NCBI GenBank assembly: GCA_000165425.1
Contig: CT868296.1
Coordinates: 62,001 to 126,000 of the forward strand
Source: Paramecium tetraurelia
Lineage: Eukaryota
Direction: 5' to 3'
Length of the DNA: 64,000 nucleotides
The notes below the pieces were generated by a model. It saw nothing but the letters and a program-made list of their open reading frames with translations, ran no database searches and had not been told where the DNA came from. A program made the translations under genes and the position numbers. Positions 14,472 through 28,655 of this stretch are shown here, in pieces. Position 1 is the stretch's first letter. Each line of letters opens with the position of its first letter.

Positions 14472-15146
14472 ATGAATAATAATTAGAACTAGCCTCCAAC
14501 AATATCAAGAATCATCCCTCCTCCCTTTGCCAATTAATAATAGGCTCTCCAGATTGAGAATGTCTCTCTCAAGACCCAAGTTTAGAAGTTATAAGATTAG
14601 TTGAAAGACGCCAATGTGAAGAACACTTAACTTTAACACCAAAATTAAGAACTATAAAGTACTAACCAATCCTTGTTAACCCAATTAAATCAAAAAAATT
14701 AGAATTCTATAATCAATTAGTTACAATTTACTTTATATTTTAATAGAAATTCGAATGAAAATTAAATATTAAAAGATAAATGTATAGAACTACAATTGCA
14801 CAACCAAGATTTGCTATAGAAAATAACCTAGTTAAGTAAAGAGAAGCAGGAGAAGCAGTTCGTTGAGATAAAGGTAGTAATCACACCTAAATCTAAGTCC
14901 TATTTACAATATTCTCCAAAAGTTTAGGAAGAGACCATCTGCTTGAAGTGGACCCAGAAAATAGCGAACTTACAAATCAAATACAAAAGTAAAGGCAAAG
15001 CTGTTGAGTTTGAAGGCTATGGAGAGATATAAAATAAAAATGTCATTTTCTAATGCCAATGTGATTTGTCCAAGATGCCTGTAGATAATTAAGAACCGCG
15101 GATAATATTAAAAGAGTGTGAGTTACATTTAATTTATCAAATTTGA
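14472..15146 (+). CDS. Hypothetical coiled-coil protein
   Basis: ATG at 14472, Q/L-rich coiled coil, likely one short intron, TGA at 15144-15146. Confidence 0.65.
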
Positions 15147-15181
15147 AATTTGATTAAAAAAAATTAATTTTTTAATTCTGG

Positions 15182-18100
15182 ATGAATAGAATCATTAGAT
15201 TTGGATTTGCTACTTACGAGTCATTGATACAGAAATTAAGCAGTGCTGATGGTCCCACAACTATTTTACAAATATTCTAACAAAACAAAGATTTATTTAA
15301 GCAAGAACATGTGGTGCTCTCTTTGAGAATGTTGGGTAGATATAGTAGATAATTGACACACGATAACAGCTATTCTGAATTAACTTCTAAGTTAAATGAT
15401 ATTGTGGATCAGTTGACTGAATATGGTATATAATTGAGTATTCATAATTTAAGATGTTATCGATGTGTTGTTTTGGTTGAGGAAATTTAGATAAAATAAA
15501 ATACCCACCAATTTCCAATAATAGGCTTAAATCAGATTGTTCTAGAGAATCCAATAGATGTCAGAGAATGAAATGTTCTCCTTCAGAAATATGTGTAATG
15601 TCTATTTCGACTTATCACTCCTTAATCATTCAAATGACCAATTAGCAAAATCAATATCTGAATAGCTCCTCACCACCAAATAGCTATCCCCATTCTTAAT
15701 CATCCAACTCTTCAGTTCCTTGGTGGTCAAGATAAACAATTGCTAGCTCTCCAAAAATGATAATTAAGTCCTTACCAACTCAGTTAAAGTAGTGGAAGGT
15801 CTCTTGGAAGAATTAGACGTTGAGCAGGTATAATTCTCTTTGTATTTAGAAATCATTACTCTTCAAAAATCTAGCTGAAATACAATTTCAAAACATCGGA
15901 CCCAAATTTTAAATCCCCAGTCTAGTAAAGCAAGTCAAGGAACTCTTACTATAGAAGATCGAATTATTACAGGAGGACTCTGTCCTTAATATCTTTAAGG
16001 CCTATGCAAGTCTACCAAGATATTTTGAAAATGACCTTATCAAAGAATTGAGAGATATGATAGTAACAACAATTGAACAGAACCCTAACAATTTATCATC
16101 AAAATTCTTAGTACATCTGATTGAAAGAATTATAAACAATCAAATTACCAAATTCCCTTAAGAAATGATGAGGAAAATCATTAAAGAGTTGGCAGCAAGA
16201 ATTCAAAAGAAGGAAGTTGAACCTCAACTCATAAGTTAATTATCCAATAGTCTTTTGAATTCCAAAAAGTATGATGATTTGACAGCAGCTATAAAAGAAA
16301 GTGGAGAAACTAACGTTAAAGTTCTCAGTTATTTATATGTAAGTGGACAAAACATGAAGGAGTACGTCGATTAATATGTTTTGAACTCAGAATCAAAGAG
16401 AATCAACATTTACAATGCTTTACATTACTTAATCTTCGCTCATAGAGATGCTTAAGAACATGTAGAAAAATTCATGAGCATCTGCAAATCATTAATTAAA
16501 TAAAATCCACAAAATCTATTAAAAACAATCCTTGAAATCAAGGTCGTTTCTACAATCAAGTCTTAAATACAAGAGGAAGCATTTATGTAGCTCATTGAAG
16601 ATATCAAATCCAAAAAGAATGATCTCTATAAAGTGCTCAAGGAATTGTTGAATTCTTGCATCAATCACAAATGTAAATCAGCTTTATTGCAATTATGTGA
16701 ACAACAAGATACCAAGAATTTAGGAAGAGTAATCTTAAACAAAGTTATTGGTGATTTAGAAGAATTTGATTCTGACAAATTATCCATCATTTTACAATTG
16801 CTACAAAAGGATCCAAGTGGTATTCCACTTTTCAAATTTGTTGATTATTTAACTTTGAGCATTTCAAACTTATAAGGATTATTGAGAAGCGATCAAATCT
16901 AATGGGTTTGTTAGGTTATATTGAATGCCTACTAAAATTAATCAACATCCAGATTGAATGTAATTGTCAACTTTGCATAAAGATTTGAAAGTGCTGGTTA
17001 CACAAGCAAATCCGTTACTTAATTGATTAAAAAAGTATCTGAGATTTACAGAGCAGCCAATCCTAATACTCCATATCCAGATTCAATCTTTGTTTAAATG
17101 TTGATTGATTAGAATATTCTTACACCTGAAGATGCTGTCATTTAGTTGAATAATGAAAGATCTTATCAATTTTTGAAAATTTAGTTATGTGGTGTTGCAT
17201 TGACCTTAGAGAATCCTCCAGAGAATGTAATTTAATTAAGTGAGAAAATTAAAGCTGATTGCTAATTAGATTCTGAAGATATCAAAATAAAATAAATATA
17301 AGAAATCTCATGTTTATTCAAATTGACTCAAGATGAAATCGATAAAATTAGACTTCAAATCAAGACTTTAGCATCTAAAATGACATCTAGATAATACTAT
17401 GAGTTGGTAATGTATTCCAAAGAAGTTGCAATCATCAAAGAATTAGCATTCCAATTCCCATCCTTTAATACCAAATTAGGGTTTATTAAAACTTTAAAGA
17501 TTGTTGAAAAGTTCTAAAAATATCATCTATCAAATCAAATGATCTATAACATACTTTTAGAGTAATATGGGTAATCCTTCAATAGCATTTATAATGAATT
17601 GAGAATCCAACTCCTCTTAGTATTGTAAATTGGTAAACTTAAACAAGTCGATGTATTTTCTAAAACTCTTGAGAAGATTAATAAATCCCCTCAAGCATAC
17701 AAACCCTTCCTTTATGATCTTTTAGAAAGTGTCATCTAATTGGGCATGACTGAAAATGAAATCTTAACACAAGTTAAAATTTTGAGTGAAAAAGTAAATC
17801 TAAGCAACACATAAAAATTGAAAGTGATTCACTATTATGTTATGGCTGGACGACCTCTCGAGGAAATCGAGATATTAGCATAGAACTTTGAAAACTTCAA
17901 AACCAAAGATACATATAGAATTAATTTAATCTATGAAATTTTGAAGAGAGAATACCCAGATTCGAAAGTAACATAACTTCATGAAACCTTAACCAAAGAA
18001 GAGAAAACAACAATTTCTTTCAAAAAAAGTCAATTTTCTATTGAGTATATCCAAACTCTCTTGCAGGCAGTAGGAGTGCAAGTTGAGATTAACCATCAAA

Positions 18101-18532
18101 TAGAAAAAATTCAAATTGAAATTTATCTACCTTAAACGTACTATCTATATTCTATTTCTAATTAGTCAATAATCAGTCCTAATCCTTTCAGGATACAACT
18201 TAAATTATGACAAGCAATCATTGACAGGCTAAGGCATTTTGTAAAAGAAGTTACTATCACTTATTACAAAGCAGGTTTGTATTGTCAATTTTAAAGAATT
18301 AATTGATATAACAAATTATGAAGAGAAAGTTAAATATTTATAAAACTCAGGTATTTTAATGTATTAAGCTTTAGGAATTCAAATCACTGTAGATCCAGCA
18401 TAAGCTGATTATACTGCTCTCAAGCAATTAGAAAAGAGAGAGAGCTAGAAAAAACAAAATAATAATAGAAATTAATAAAATCAACAACATGAATTAGATG
18501 AAACATAAGAACAAATAGAAGTCCCCTAATGA
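15182..18532 (+). CDS. Large helical, probably mitochondrial protein with C-terminal RAP-like domain (FASTK/HPR-like)
   Basis: Presequence-like MNRIIRFGFAT and a long L/K-rich helical body. C-terminal VEINHQIEKIQIEIYLP..LTGQGILQKKLL..VCIVNFKE resembles a RAP domain. Confidence 0.65.
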
Positions 18533-18808
18533 GTTCTTTAATATTTCTATTAAATATTAATAAAATATAAACAAATTCTATTATAATCTCCTTAATCAAG
18601 TTCGATATAAATTTTGAATGGCAATCATTTTCGGAATAATTATATTTCTTTGTAATAAATCGAAGTCTTTTTATTATATACTATATTTTGATTGGCAATA
18701 ATACATTCTAAGTGCATATCATGAATATTTCTTAGCAGTTTCGTTTACAATTATATTTTGGCTATTGGCTTGTCTTATCAATTTAATAATATTAATTAAT
18801 TCACAGAA

Positions 18809-19784
18809 ATGAATTAAAGTTTGACTGTAATGGAAAAGGTTGAACAAGATAAGATGGAGAATCCGTAAGCGTGGATTAAAGACAATATATTGAATTCACT
18901 TTCTGGGAAATAGTGGAGATAGAATTACTTGCAAAGATTGGGAATAAAGCAAGTTTAAGAGAAGGAGAATTCAACTAAGGAATTTCAATTAAACTATGTA
19001 ATAAGAACGAATGAGGATGTTCGTAACAACTACATCCAGAAACTTATGAATAATAAATTGATGTAATAATAAAAGAAGCATCAAACTTGTAATACTTTTA
19101 TATCATTTAGTGACCATATTTGATTGGGATGACACCTTGTTGTGCACCACCTTCTTAGGAGGATATGGCTTTGTTGATTTACCCATAGATGTGTTGGAAT
19201 AGTTGACTGCATTGAATGAGAGCGCTGTAATTTAAATAAACATATAAAGAGTAGATTGTTAGAAAAAGCTTCTTAAGTAGGGGATGTCTTTATAATTACA
19301 AATGCTGCTTAGGGTTGGGTTGAATATAGTAGCAAATTGTAGATATTATAATTTAAGTAGATATATGAATAAGGTGTTTTAAGTCATCTTTGACAAAAAA
19401 ATTGTTGTTATCTCTGCAAGACATGGATATGAAGAAATGTTTCCAGGGGATTGTGGCAAATGGAAGATCGAGGCCTTTAAAGATATAAGATCTAAGTATG
19501 AAAATGATGTGTTCACCAATCTAATCTGTTTGGGGGATTCAAACATTGAAATTGATGCAGCCCACGTGTTAGCCAAGTTTAAATCTAAAATATCTTAGGG
19601 AATTCACTGTTGCATTAATAAAGACCATCAAATTCAGGGAGTGTCCAAAACCTGAAGAGTTGGTCAGGTAGTTAGATTTAGTATCTGATAAATTCGAGTA
19701 AATTTATACTACTTTCAAGAGTTTAACCATACGGTTAGAGAAGTAATTATCTATTTAAATTGTAGGAAATCTTCTGGTAGTTGA
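18809..19784 (+). CDS. HAD-superfamily-like protein (FDWDDTL family)
   Basis: IFDWDDTLLCT, IITNAAQGWVEYS, VISARHGYE, ICLGDSNIE; several short introns. Confidence 0.8.
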
Positions 19785-19950
19785 TGGATTTTATTTTATT
19801 AAATATAAATATCTGACATTTAACCTTTATCATCTTATCTTTCTAAGATTTTGTATCCAATAGAAATTAAATTATGTTTATTAAATATCCATATATTGAT
19901 ATATATATAGACATTCAAATTTGTTACTTAATGGGGACATTGTTATTTAA

Positions 19951-21493
19951 TCAACATTCATAAGAACTTGAATGTTGTACAGGATCTGTATCTTAAATAA
20001 CCTTAGTCAATGGTTCAATGAACTCTGGTGATAATTATGAAACAGTGGGGTGCTTAAACACCTCAGTCAACAATTATCTTAGAGTCTCATTTTCATTTTC
20101 AATCACTTTAACCTAATTATAGAATTGAATATATACTTTTTTCTGCAATTCTTCATAGGCATCCTGAAGTGGACCTATCTTTTCAAGAGCTTCTCTTTTC
20201 TTTCTTTAGGATTCTTTAGCCGAATTCCTATTTCTTCTGATGCATTGACACTTTTTGCAATTGCATTCATCTTCTCCATTATACACACATTTATTTTTCA
20301 ATTTCTCAATCATCTTAAGATAATAATTGGAACTATTCTTGACCTAGGTGTTCTCATTATATCTATCTTATTGTATCATGTCAATCATGTGACTCTCAAT
20401 TTGTAATAACATAGGTAGAATGTATAGGATTGAACAATTCATCTATTTGTGAATTCTTTAAGTTCGAATATTGAATTCGTTCAAATCAATTTCATCATTA
20501 TTTTCCTCAAAATACACACTAGTGGCCTTTCTAAGAAAGTCTTGAGTAGTAGCTTTGAAGCTTCCCATGATTAAGAGATACTAATGATTAATGTGTTTAA
20601 ATACTTCTTGGAAAATGGAATCGTTGTGCATCTAGGCTGTTTGTTTGACCGTGTTTTCAACGACATCAAAAATCAAATTGGACTTTTTGAAGAAGTTGTT
20701 CATATTGACAGTGTATTGATTGAATTGGACTAAGAATTAATCTTTGTTCAATTTCTATTGTTATTAGCTAAGCATCTTGAAAATGAAAGTGCCCCAAACA
20801 TCTTCAGGTACCTTCTTGATCATAGAATTAAGTTGATTGAAACTCAGTTATTGACTCACTTATTGGTTTGTAGATATCGAATACTAATAAAGAGTGTTAA
20901 AGAAAATGTCACAAAAGTCATCTCTAAATATTAGGAATTTGGAAAGGTATGGAGTACCTAATATTTACATTTAAATCTTGATTACCTTTGTCATATTATA
21001 CAAGTTATGATCTCAATAATAGAGAGAGGGTTTAAAACAAAGAACTACTCATTGTAATTTTGGTTGGTTAGGCAATGAATTAAGTCTTAAGCAAGGCTAT
21101 TTGTTCTGTTTCCCCCTATATTTGATCCAATCCATGAATGATCAAATTACCCAATACATTCAAAAAGTAGGGCAGGTGATATTCAATACAGTTTTTGATT
21201 GTTACAACTTACTTTCTCAACACTTATTATTAAAAGTATTAGGTAACTCTATTTTGAATGTCAATTAGAGACCAAGCTTTTCTAAAAAATAAATATTTAT
21301 TATTACTTTTCAATAAGGTTGTTAGGCGAGTAGGACATTAGCGATAGCAGTTGCTGCTATTTCAGAATCTAATGTATTTATTATAATAATGTACCTCGTT
21401 ACTTTACTTTTGGACTTGTTCTTCTTACTTCACCTTTTCTTGCTCTTAGTGCTTGATGATTGCCTACAGGTAAAGCTATTGCAAAGGATTCAT
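19951..21493 (-). CDS. bZIP transcription factor-like protein
   Basis: C-terminal basic region IRRNRNSAKESQRKKREALE followed by Leu heptads (LQDAYEELQKK..IENENETLRQL). Confidence 0.75.
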
Positions 21494-21745
21494 AGCTATT
21501 TAAATTTATTTTTGAATCTTGATTTGAGCAATTGCTTTAATTTACAAATCATACGTAATATTTCTCATATAGAGTTAATTACATTCAAACAAAAAATTGG
21601 AGTTAATTAATGAAAAATACACCGTCATCTTTGCATTGCCTAATTTAGCAAACATCAAAATAAATATGAACTATTTATTTAATGACTTAATATTTCTTGA
21701 GGTTGTACAAATTATATTAAATTTCAAAAATAAGAAATATCTTTA

Positions 21746-22852
21746 TCAAATATCATAATCATAATCAAATTATTTCGTTGTTTAATTGCAACACGAATAA
21801 GTTCCATCACGTATAAAATGACCACGAAAATATTTCTTCTGCTTTACCTTCTTTTTCGTCTCTATGAACTCTGTCGGAACCTTCTGACTCTTTATTTTGT
21901 TCTCCTCCTTCAATTCAACTAGATTCATCACAAACGTCTCCTGTTCATTCTATGGCTCTTTCGCTTTTGAAGGTTTTAACAACACACTAAATTGATTCTA
22001 GTCTAAATCATTTGACTCATTAAATAATTTAAATTTAACAGTATAGTCATGCTCTTGAAATAGCAATCTGTATAAAGACGATTCCTGATTTTTCTTAATC
22101 GTCCTAGCCAACATAGGATGCTATGTAAGTTATTCATCTTTACAAATCTTAGTCACATTTATTTTCCTAAGTTCCTCAAAGTAATGCGCATAACAATGGA
22201 TCTTCTTGTACATTCTTCGCGTTATCATTTGACTAAATAAACCATATACCTCTGTTCTGCTTTTTACATCAAAATTCAAAGCATACAAGTACAGTAATTA
22301 CTAAAAAACACTGGCACATTTATAAAAATCCATTATTATAAAATCATCTTAGTAGTCCTTTAAATCGCAATCTAAAATCTTAAGCATATAGAACGCTGAT
22401 CTGGGTGGTATGTATTAGCATTTTGAATAGAATTCAGTCTACGCCCAAGACTTGTTTCTTGATGGCAAAAATACGTCTCTCATATATTTTAATCCTTATC
22501 TTAACCATCCTTTAATATATGATGTATATCTTGAAATATAAATATGTATCCCGGTTCTTTATTCAAATTACTTACTACCTGCTCTTGAATTACCTCTACT
22601 CTATATTGCAGATTCAAATAACTCCACCAATTATTCTCTTGTAAATTGTTCATCATATTATGTAAATGAAATGTAGAGTCTCTTTAATTCATAAGCTTTT
22701 CTCACTCTTACTCCAACTTAACTTTCATAGATTCTAGCCACTTAACTCCAACTTGTACAATTGATTCCTCCATGTAAGTTCACAATTTCTATTAGTTGTT
22801 TATCTGATGGCTTTAATTTTCCTTATATTTTTAAACCTACCTGTGGTCTCAT
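21746..22852 (-). CDS. Hypothetical protein
   Basis: ATG at 22852, 19-nt first intron, long code-6 ORF ending at TGA 21748-21746; no recognised domain. Confidence 0.6.
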
Positions 22853-23279
22853 ACTTATTAATAATATACATTTTATGGTGGATTTCTCCAAGCTTTAATT
22901 ATTTATCCTTTGAAAATTTATCAAATTGGATGGTAATTTTTATAAATTTTCAGATTGTTTGATTATATTATGTCTTGAAAAATCAATTTATATCTTCGAA
23001 TTCTTTAAATTATATTGAAATCTGAATGAAATAAAAATTACTCATCATTAACACTGTTTATACTTTATAAATACTTTTATATTACAAATATTTTATTAAT
23101 TCAATTTATAAAGTAATATTTAGTAATTGCTTCACCTAAATCAATATGTAAAATGAATAATTAACATCATTCTATGTATTAAAATAATAAAGTTAGACAC
23201 AATAAATAAAAAGCAATAGTTTTCAAACTATTTTATCTAACAATATAAAATTAAATTAATTAAACTATACTGTTGATTT

Positions 23280-24588
23280 TAAACATATTTATATTTATAG
23301 CGATCATTTTCAATTATTTCAACAGTTTTATTGATTTACCATATTCTTTAGAGTTTAGATATCTTTCCTTTATATCTTGAAAACTTTATTAAATGTTTTT
23401 ATTTTTGATAGAATTTAGTGAGTTCAATTAATAGAATTCCATTTCAAACGTATTAAAAATTAACTAATACTCTGATTTGATTATTAATATATAAATTTTA
23501 TTAAATTCAAAAAGGTATAATAGTATTAGAATAATAATAATATTTTGTACCTGTTTAATTTAATAATCAATTTTTGATAATTTAAGCAAACTTCTGTACT
23601 TATTTCGAATTATTAATAAATTAATAAATATCTGAATAAATAATAAACATATATAATATTTCATTTATCATTCTTTGAAGTTTTAAGAATAAATTATTCT
23701 ACCTTTTTATTATCTTTGATGATATTCTTCTTTTTGAATATTTTTATTGTTAATTTTAATTTTACTATTAATTTTCTTAAGTTGATATTTTCTTGAAGTT
23801 TCAGAGGTTTTAGATTTAGCGATTTCACTCTAATAGAGAATAGAATGAAAAAGTATGTAATTTTATTGAGATTCTATTGGGATATACAGTGATTTTTTTT
23901 CAATTTAAAGAATCTCTTAGATTTGTTGGTCGTTTTTTAAACCAAAATATTTTTTTTTAACTACACAATTTTATGTAATTCCTTTGATTTGTCCTTCTTA
24001 TTCAGGAATATCTTATTCGACTGAATTTTATTCTTATTTGATTGAATTACATGATGATCCCATAAATAAAAAAATTATTTAATTTTCAATTTGTGATGCT
24101 AAAATTTATAATATACATCTTTATATATTTTGCTACATATGATATCGGAAATATTATTTCAATAATTTAAGCATAGAATAATGATAAAAACTTTCAAAAG
24201 TGAATCTTGTCAAATTGAATCCAAATTTCCGAGATCAAGTAATTATAATTTTCTTATAAAATCATTTTCGGTTTGCTGTGTATGCAAATATCTAAATAAA
24301 ATCAACAAGTATCATTTATAACTGCTTTGTTTTTAAGTTGTATCTGTGTGAAATGTTGTATAAATGTCGTTTTGATATTCATTCATTTTACGCCTCTTCA
24401 ATAATTATTAGTCATCTCATATATTTCGAATTAATATTTTCTATTATTTCATTTATATATTCATTTCTCAGCAAGAAAGAAATTGAAGAAATACATTTAC
24501 ATTACAAAGCTCTCCTCAATCATGCTTTAAGCGTTCACTTTTCTGAAGATATAAGATTTTTATTTTGAGTATATAAATATGAACATTA
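23280..24588 (-). pseudogene. Coding-like relic with TGA stops in all frames
   Basis: E/K/N/Q-rich coding-like segments interrupted by multiple TGAs in every frame (read at 24180-24590), directly downstream of the 24589-26426 gene. Confidence 0.4.
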
Positions 24589-26426
24589 TCATTGTTATAT
24601 TTGCCTCTCAAAATTAGAGGCATCATCTGGGGAAGTGCCTTCCGAATGATTGTTAGAGTTATAATGTTATAATCTCGTTATCCTCCTGCCTTATGATTAT
24701 TATCCCTTAATTTCATTAATATATTTTTTTAGAAACTCATTTAAACTCTGTTTACCAATTTCATAAATATAAACCTTATTTTATATTTTTTAGACATTAG
24801 CATAATTCTAGAGAATTTCACTTACCACACAAGAGCAATTTTAAGGCTTACTTTCCTAATTGTCCTAATTGTCCTTATTTGATCCATTTTGATTCAAATA
24901 TTAATTGGTACTAGTCTTTAATAATTTTTTGTCTGATTCATCTATATCATATTTATCTACTTCACAATAATTATCTAATTCATAAATAGTAGTATAATTT
25001 GCAACACTATTTTCAGATTTATGACCGATTAGAATAAGAAGGTTGTTACTGAATTATTGCTTACCATTTTATTATTAAGAAATAAGATCCTTAAAGAACT
25101 CTCGGATGCTTGGTTGATCATTTTTTTTAACTAATTACTCGACATTCTCTACTACTAACCGCAAGGCTGTTTTACTCTTCTCACTACAGTTTTTGTTGGT
25201 TTCAAGCCAACAATTCAACAAATCCCTTTAGAGATTAACAAAATAACAATTGGATAAGAATGGCCTTGCTCTACTCCCTCCAATTATTTTATCGGAAAAT
25301 CTAAAAAATGTTGCTTCACCTTATTTATCTTTTGAGAATTCCTTTGCTTTATTAGAGCAAGCGCACCCTACATCATTAAAGAAGAACTTTATTAGTGTAG
25401 AATAAAGAAATTATGCATAACCAATTATTCTATTCGAGTTCATTCGGAAAGCTCTAACCGTGCCTTAATAATTTTTAGATAATCCTCGAATTTGAGTTTT
25501 AGTATTTTCATCTAATTCTCCACCTTGTAAAACCTAAAAAATATTTTATAATTAATCTTCTAATGGGATTTCCTTTTAGGATGAATTTCGATCTTAATTG
25601 GAACCCCCTTGATCTTATAAATCCATTTATAAATTATTTTCATCTTCTTCGTCAAAATCGGTTTCATTTGTAGATATTTCAAAAACTTAGCTATATGTTA
25701 TACCTATATCCTTTTTTTATTTAACTTCTTTTTATTGAACTTCTTAATTAACCTCATTTTCTGTTTTAGTTTCAGGTTTTGACTAATTTAAATCGTTGAC
25801 ATGGATTAATTTTAATATAGCGCATAGTATCTGAAAAATGTGTTTCAATTTCACTAGGTAATTGTCTGAAAATAACTTCTTCATAGTAGATATGAAACCA
25901 TCCATATTATTTTTATCTTCATCCTTTTATTCTAAAAAAAGCATCATTTAATTATTCCAACATAATAATACATCTTAATATTGTTTTCTAAGGTCTTCTA
26001 TAAGTACTTTTATATCCTTATCCTAAATATTTTATTAATTAATAAGATTTATCATATAGTAAAATATCTTAAATGTACTAAATTAATCAGATGCTTTTTA
26101 GTAAGGTGTTGGAATGACGAAGATTCCCTCTAATCCAAAAGATTAAATAGTAATTTCATTTAAATTAAATAACTGCAGGTAATAGCCAAAACAAAAATCA
26201 TCAATTTAATTTTATTTTTTGCTGTTAAACACTCTCAAAGTTAGGAAAGGCATTATGAGCGATGTTACATATTCAATAACTTCAGCTAATTGCCTTAATG
26301 ATTTAACTATAAATACTAATTCAGCTTTGTAAAACTCTTTTTTGATTACTCAATATTATCACTAAAGACTGGCTCTTTTTGATTAATCTCGTTTAAATTC
26401 AATTTTTTTTGTTCTTTCTTATTCAT
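24589..26426 (-). CDS. Hypothetical protein
   Basis: ATG at 26426, a 23-nt gta..aag intron near 26300, then ~570 uninterrupted codons to TGA 24591-24589. Confidence 0.65.
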
Positions 26427-27254
26427 CTATTATTATTATTATTTCTGAAAAAATGTTCTAGTCTTCATATTTAAACAATAATTTCTACTATCTTATGCTA
26501 ATAGAAAATGAATGAAAATTGATTTTATCAGAAAAATGTTTAGAATATAATAACGGAGATCTATTTATGATTTCATATAAGGAATTCACCCTCGGATTAT
26601 ATATTAATAATGTTAAGGGACTTTTATTTAAAAATAATTTTAAAAGCATCCAAGGGTAATAATTCTAAATGCTATATAATAATAATTAATCAAAATTAAT
26701 ATTACTAATCAATACTATTCAGGCTATTATTTGGTTAGCATGTATAGCCCTTCAATTTTTTTGATACAATGATTGTTTTGTTTTAGATTTCTTGTAATTT
26801 ATGATTGTATTTTGGTAATACTGAAGGAGCTTCATAAATTCTACTTATAGAATAATAAAATTTTTAAGTTTACGTTTCAACCTATTAGTGATTCATGAAA
26901 ACTGGTATTTTTTTTATAGTTTAAAAAGCTATCAGTTTGTTCTTAGGCCTTAGGGTAGATTTAAGGTAATTTTAAGCAATATATTTCTTTATTTTGGGAT
27001 TAAGGAATTGTTTATAACTTAGAATACTCTGATGATAATGCACTATCTTTCAGTTTCTAATTTGATGAAAAATAACAATAAAAGGTGTTCCGAAGATTTT
27101 GATATTTCAGATTCAGTCAATAAAACATAAGAAATAGTATAAAATTAATTAAATAAATTCTCTGTTCTGACGGATGGAGGGATTAGTTAAATTACTGAGA
27201 GTTTTAAGTTTGAATTATATAAAATTAATTTTAATTCTATTAATAATATGATAT

Positions 27255-28598
27255 TCAAGAACAAATTGAACCTGACCATGCTTTTCCTTACAATCTACAT
27301 TAAACTTTATTTTTGTCTGCAGTAACTCCTAATCCCGTAGTTATATAATAATTAATTCCTGTATTAAGAGGTGTTACAGTGATACTACTTGAGGTACACT
27401 ATTTAGCAACCATATTGCAAGTAAAGGTGACTCCAGTTTCTTAAGTGATTCCTGATTCTTGAACATTATTAAAAGGAAACTTGAATAGTTTAAGATTGGC
27501 AGCAACAACGGTTAATAATGGGTCAGTCCAAGTCCATGTGATAATTAATGGTTTGAAAGAAGTATCAAAAGTATTTTCACCTACATTATAAACTAGGGCT
27601 GGGGGGCTTCCAATGATTGGTCTTATACAGATGACATCTGAGTATGCATTTCTAATTCCAAACATTTCAGGAGGAAATGAATACACCATTACAAATCCAT
27701 TTTAAGAATAAGCATATCCTGACCAATCGATTTTGGTTGTGTGTTGTTGTCCATTAATAGTGATTGAGTTTCTTGAGTAAGGAATGATGGCAAAGTTGAT
27801 GATGTAGTAATTTGTTTAATAATAATTAGGTTAAAAGTTGACCATTCTAAATAAAGCAATGAGGGTAACTGACCATATTTTTTGGATTAAGTTATCTCTC
27901 ATTGTATTTTATGGAGTGGTTTGTAAAACAATGAAATCCTAAGATTGATTTATTCATATACTCTCAGCATTTGTAATGATTAGTAAACAGTTCGTTCTAA
28001 ATAGAAAGGGTGCGAATCTGGCATAGTTTGTAATGCAGTTGCCAGAGTTTTATACTAAGTTAAGATGGCTCCTAAATATGATTCAAAATTGGCAGCAGTA
28101 GGCAAACTCGTAAACGACGGCATGATTTTCCAAGGGTTTACTGTGTACAATTAGAAAATGGTTGCTGAATTTTATGTGGTCAGAGATGTTAATGTTGTTG
28201 TGCCATCACTTGCTTTATCATAATAGCCATCGGTGGTTTTGGTAAATCTTACAAAAGCATAATTTAGTTTGCCTTCAGATTTGTCACAACAAACATTATC
28301 ATATTATAAACTGAATGTTTCCAGGGAATCGCAAAGAGTGGATGCACCTCCAGTAGGTAATCCAGAGCCTGTTCTACAAGCTGCAACTTCATCAATCATA
28401 TAGCATGGAAGGGTTTAGCAAGTGCTATAAAGAGAATTAATTTATAAATTACGTTTCCCAATAACAATATCCAATTCCAGAAATTACACTTGAAGTGCAA
28501 TCAGCGCTTATTAATCCTGTACAAGGAGTTTCTGCAACGTAGGTGTAAGCAGTGGATGATGTAATCAAATTTACGATTAATAAAATAGGAATTATCAT
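27255..28598 (-). CDS. Secreted Cys-rich protein, tandem family member 1
   Basis: Signal peptide MIIPILLIVNLITSSTA, Cys-rich N-terminus, FYLERTVYQSLQMLR|D motif, PEMFGI..SDVI; 2 introns. Confidence 0.8.
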
Positions 28599-28655
28599 AA
28601 TAATATTATAGAAATATAAAATATTATTTTCTGATATTAATATTTATGTTCTTCA

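Noticed and set aside
24180..24591. Selenocysteine or TGA readthrough extension of the 24589-26426 gene
   Set aside because: Stops occur in all frames with apparent frameshifts, and no SECIS or redox motif was recognised; decay is simpler.
26650..27230. Possible small gene on the - strand
   Set aside because: Coding-like stretches but no convincing ATG-to-TGA model; may be a relic.
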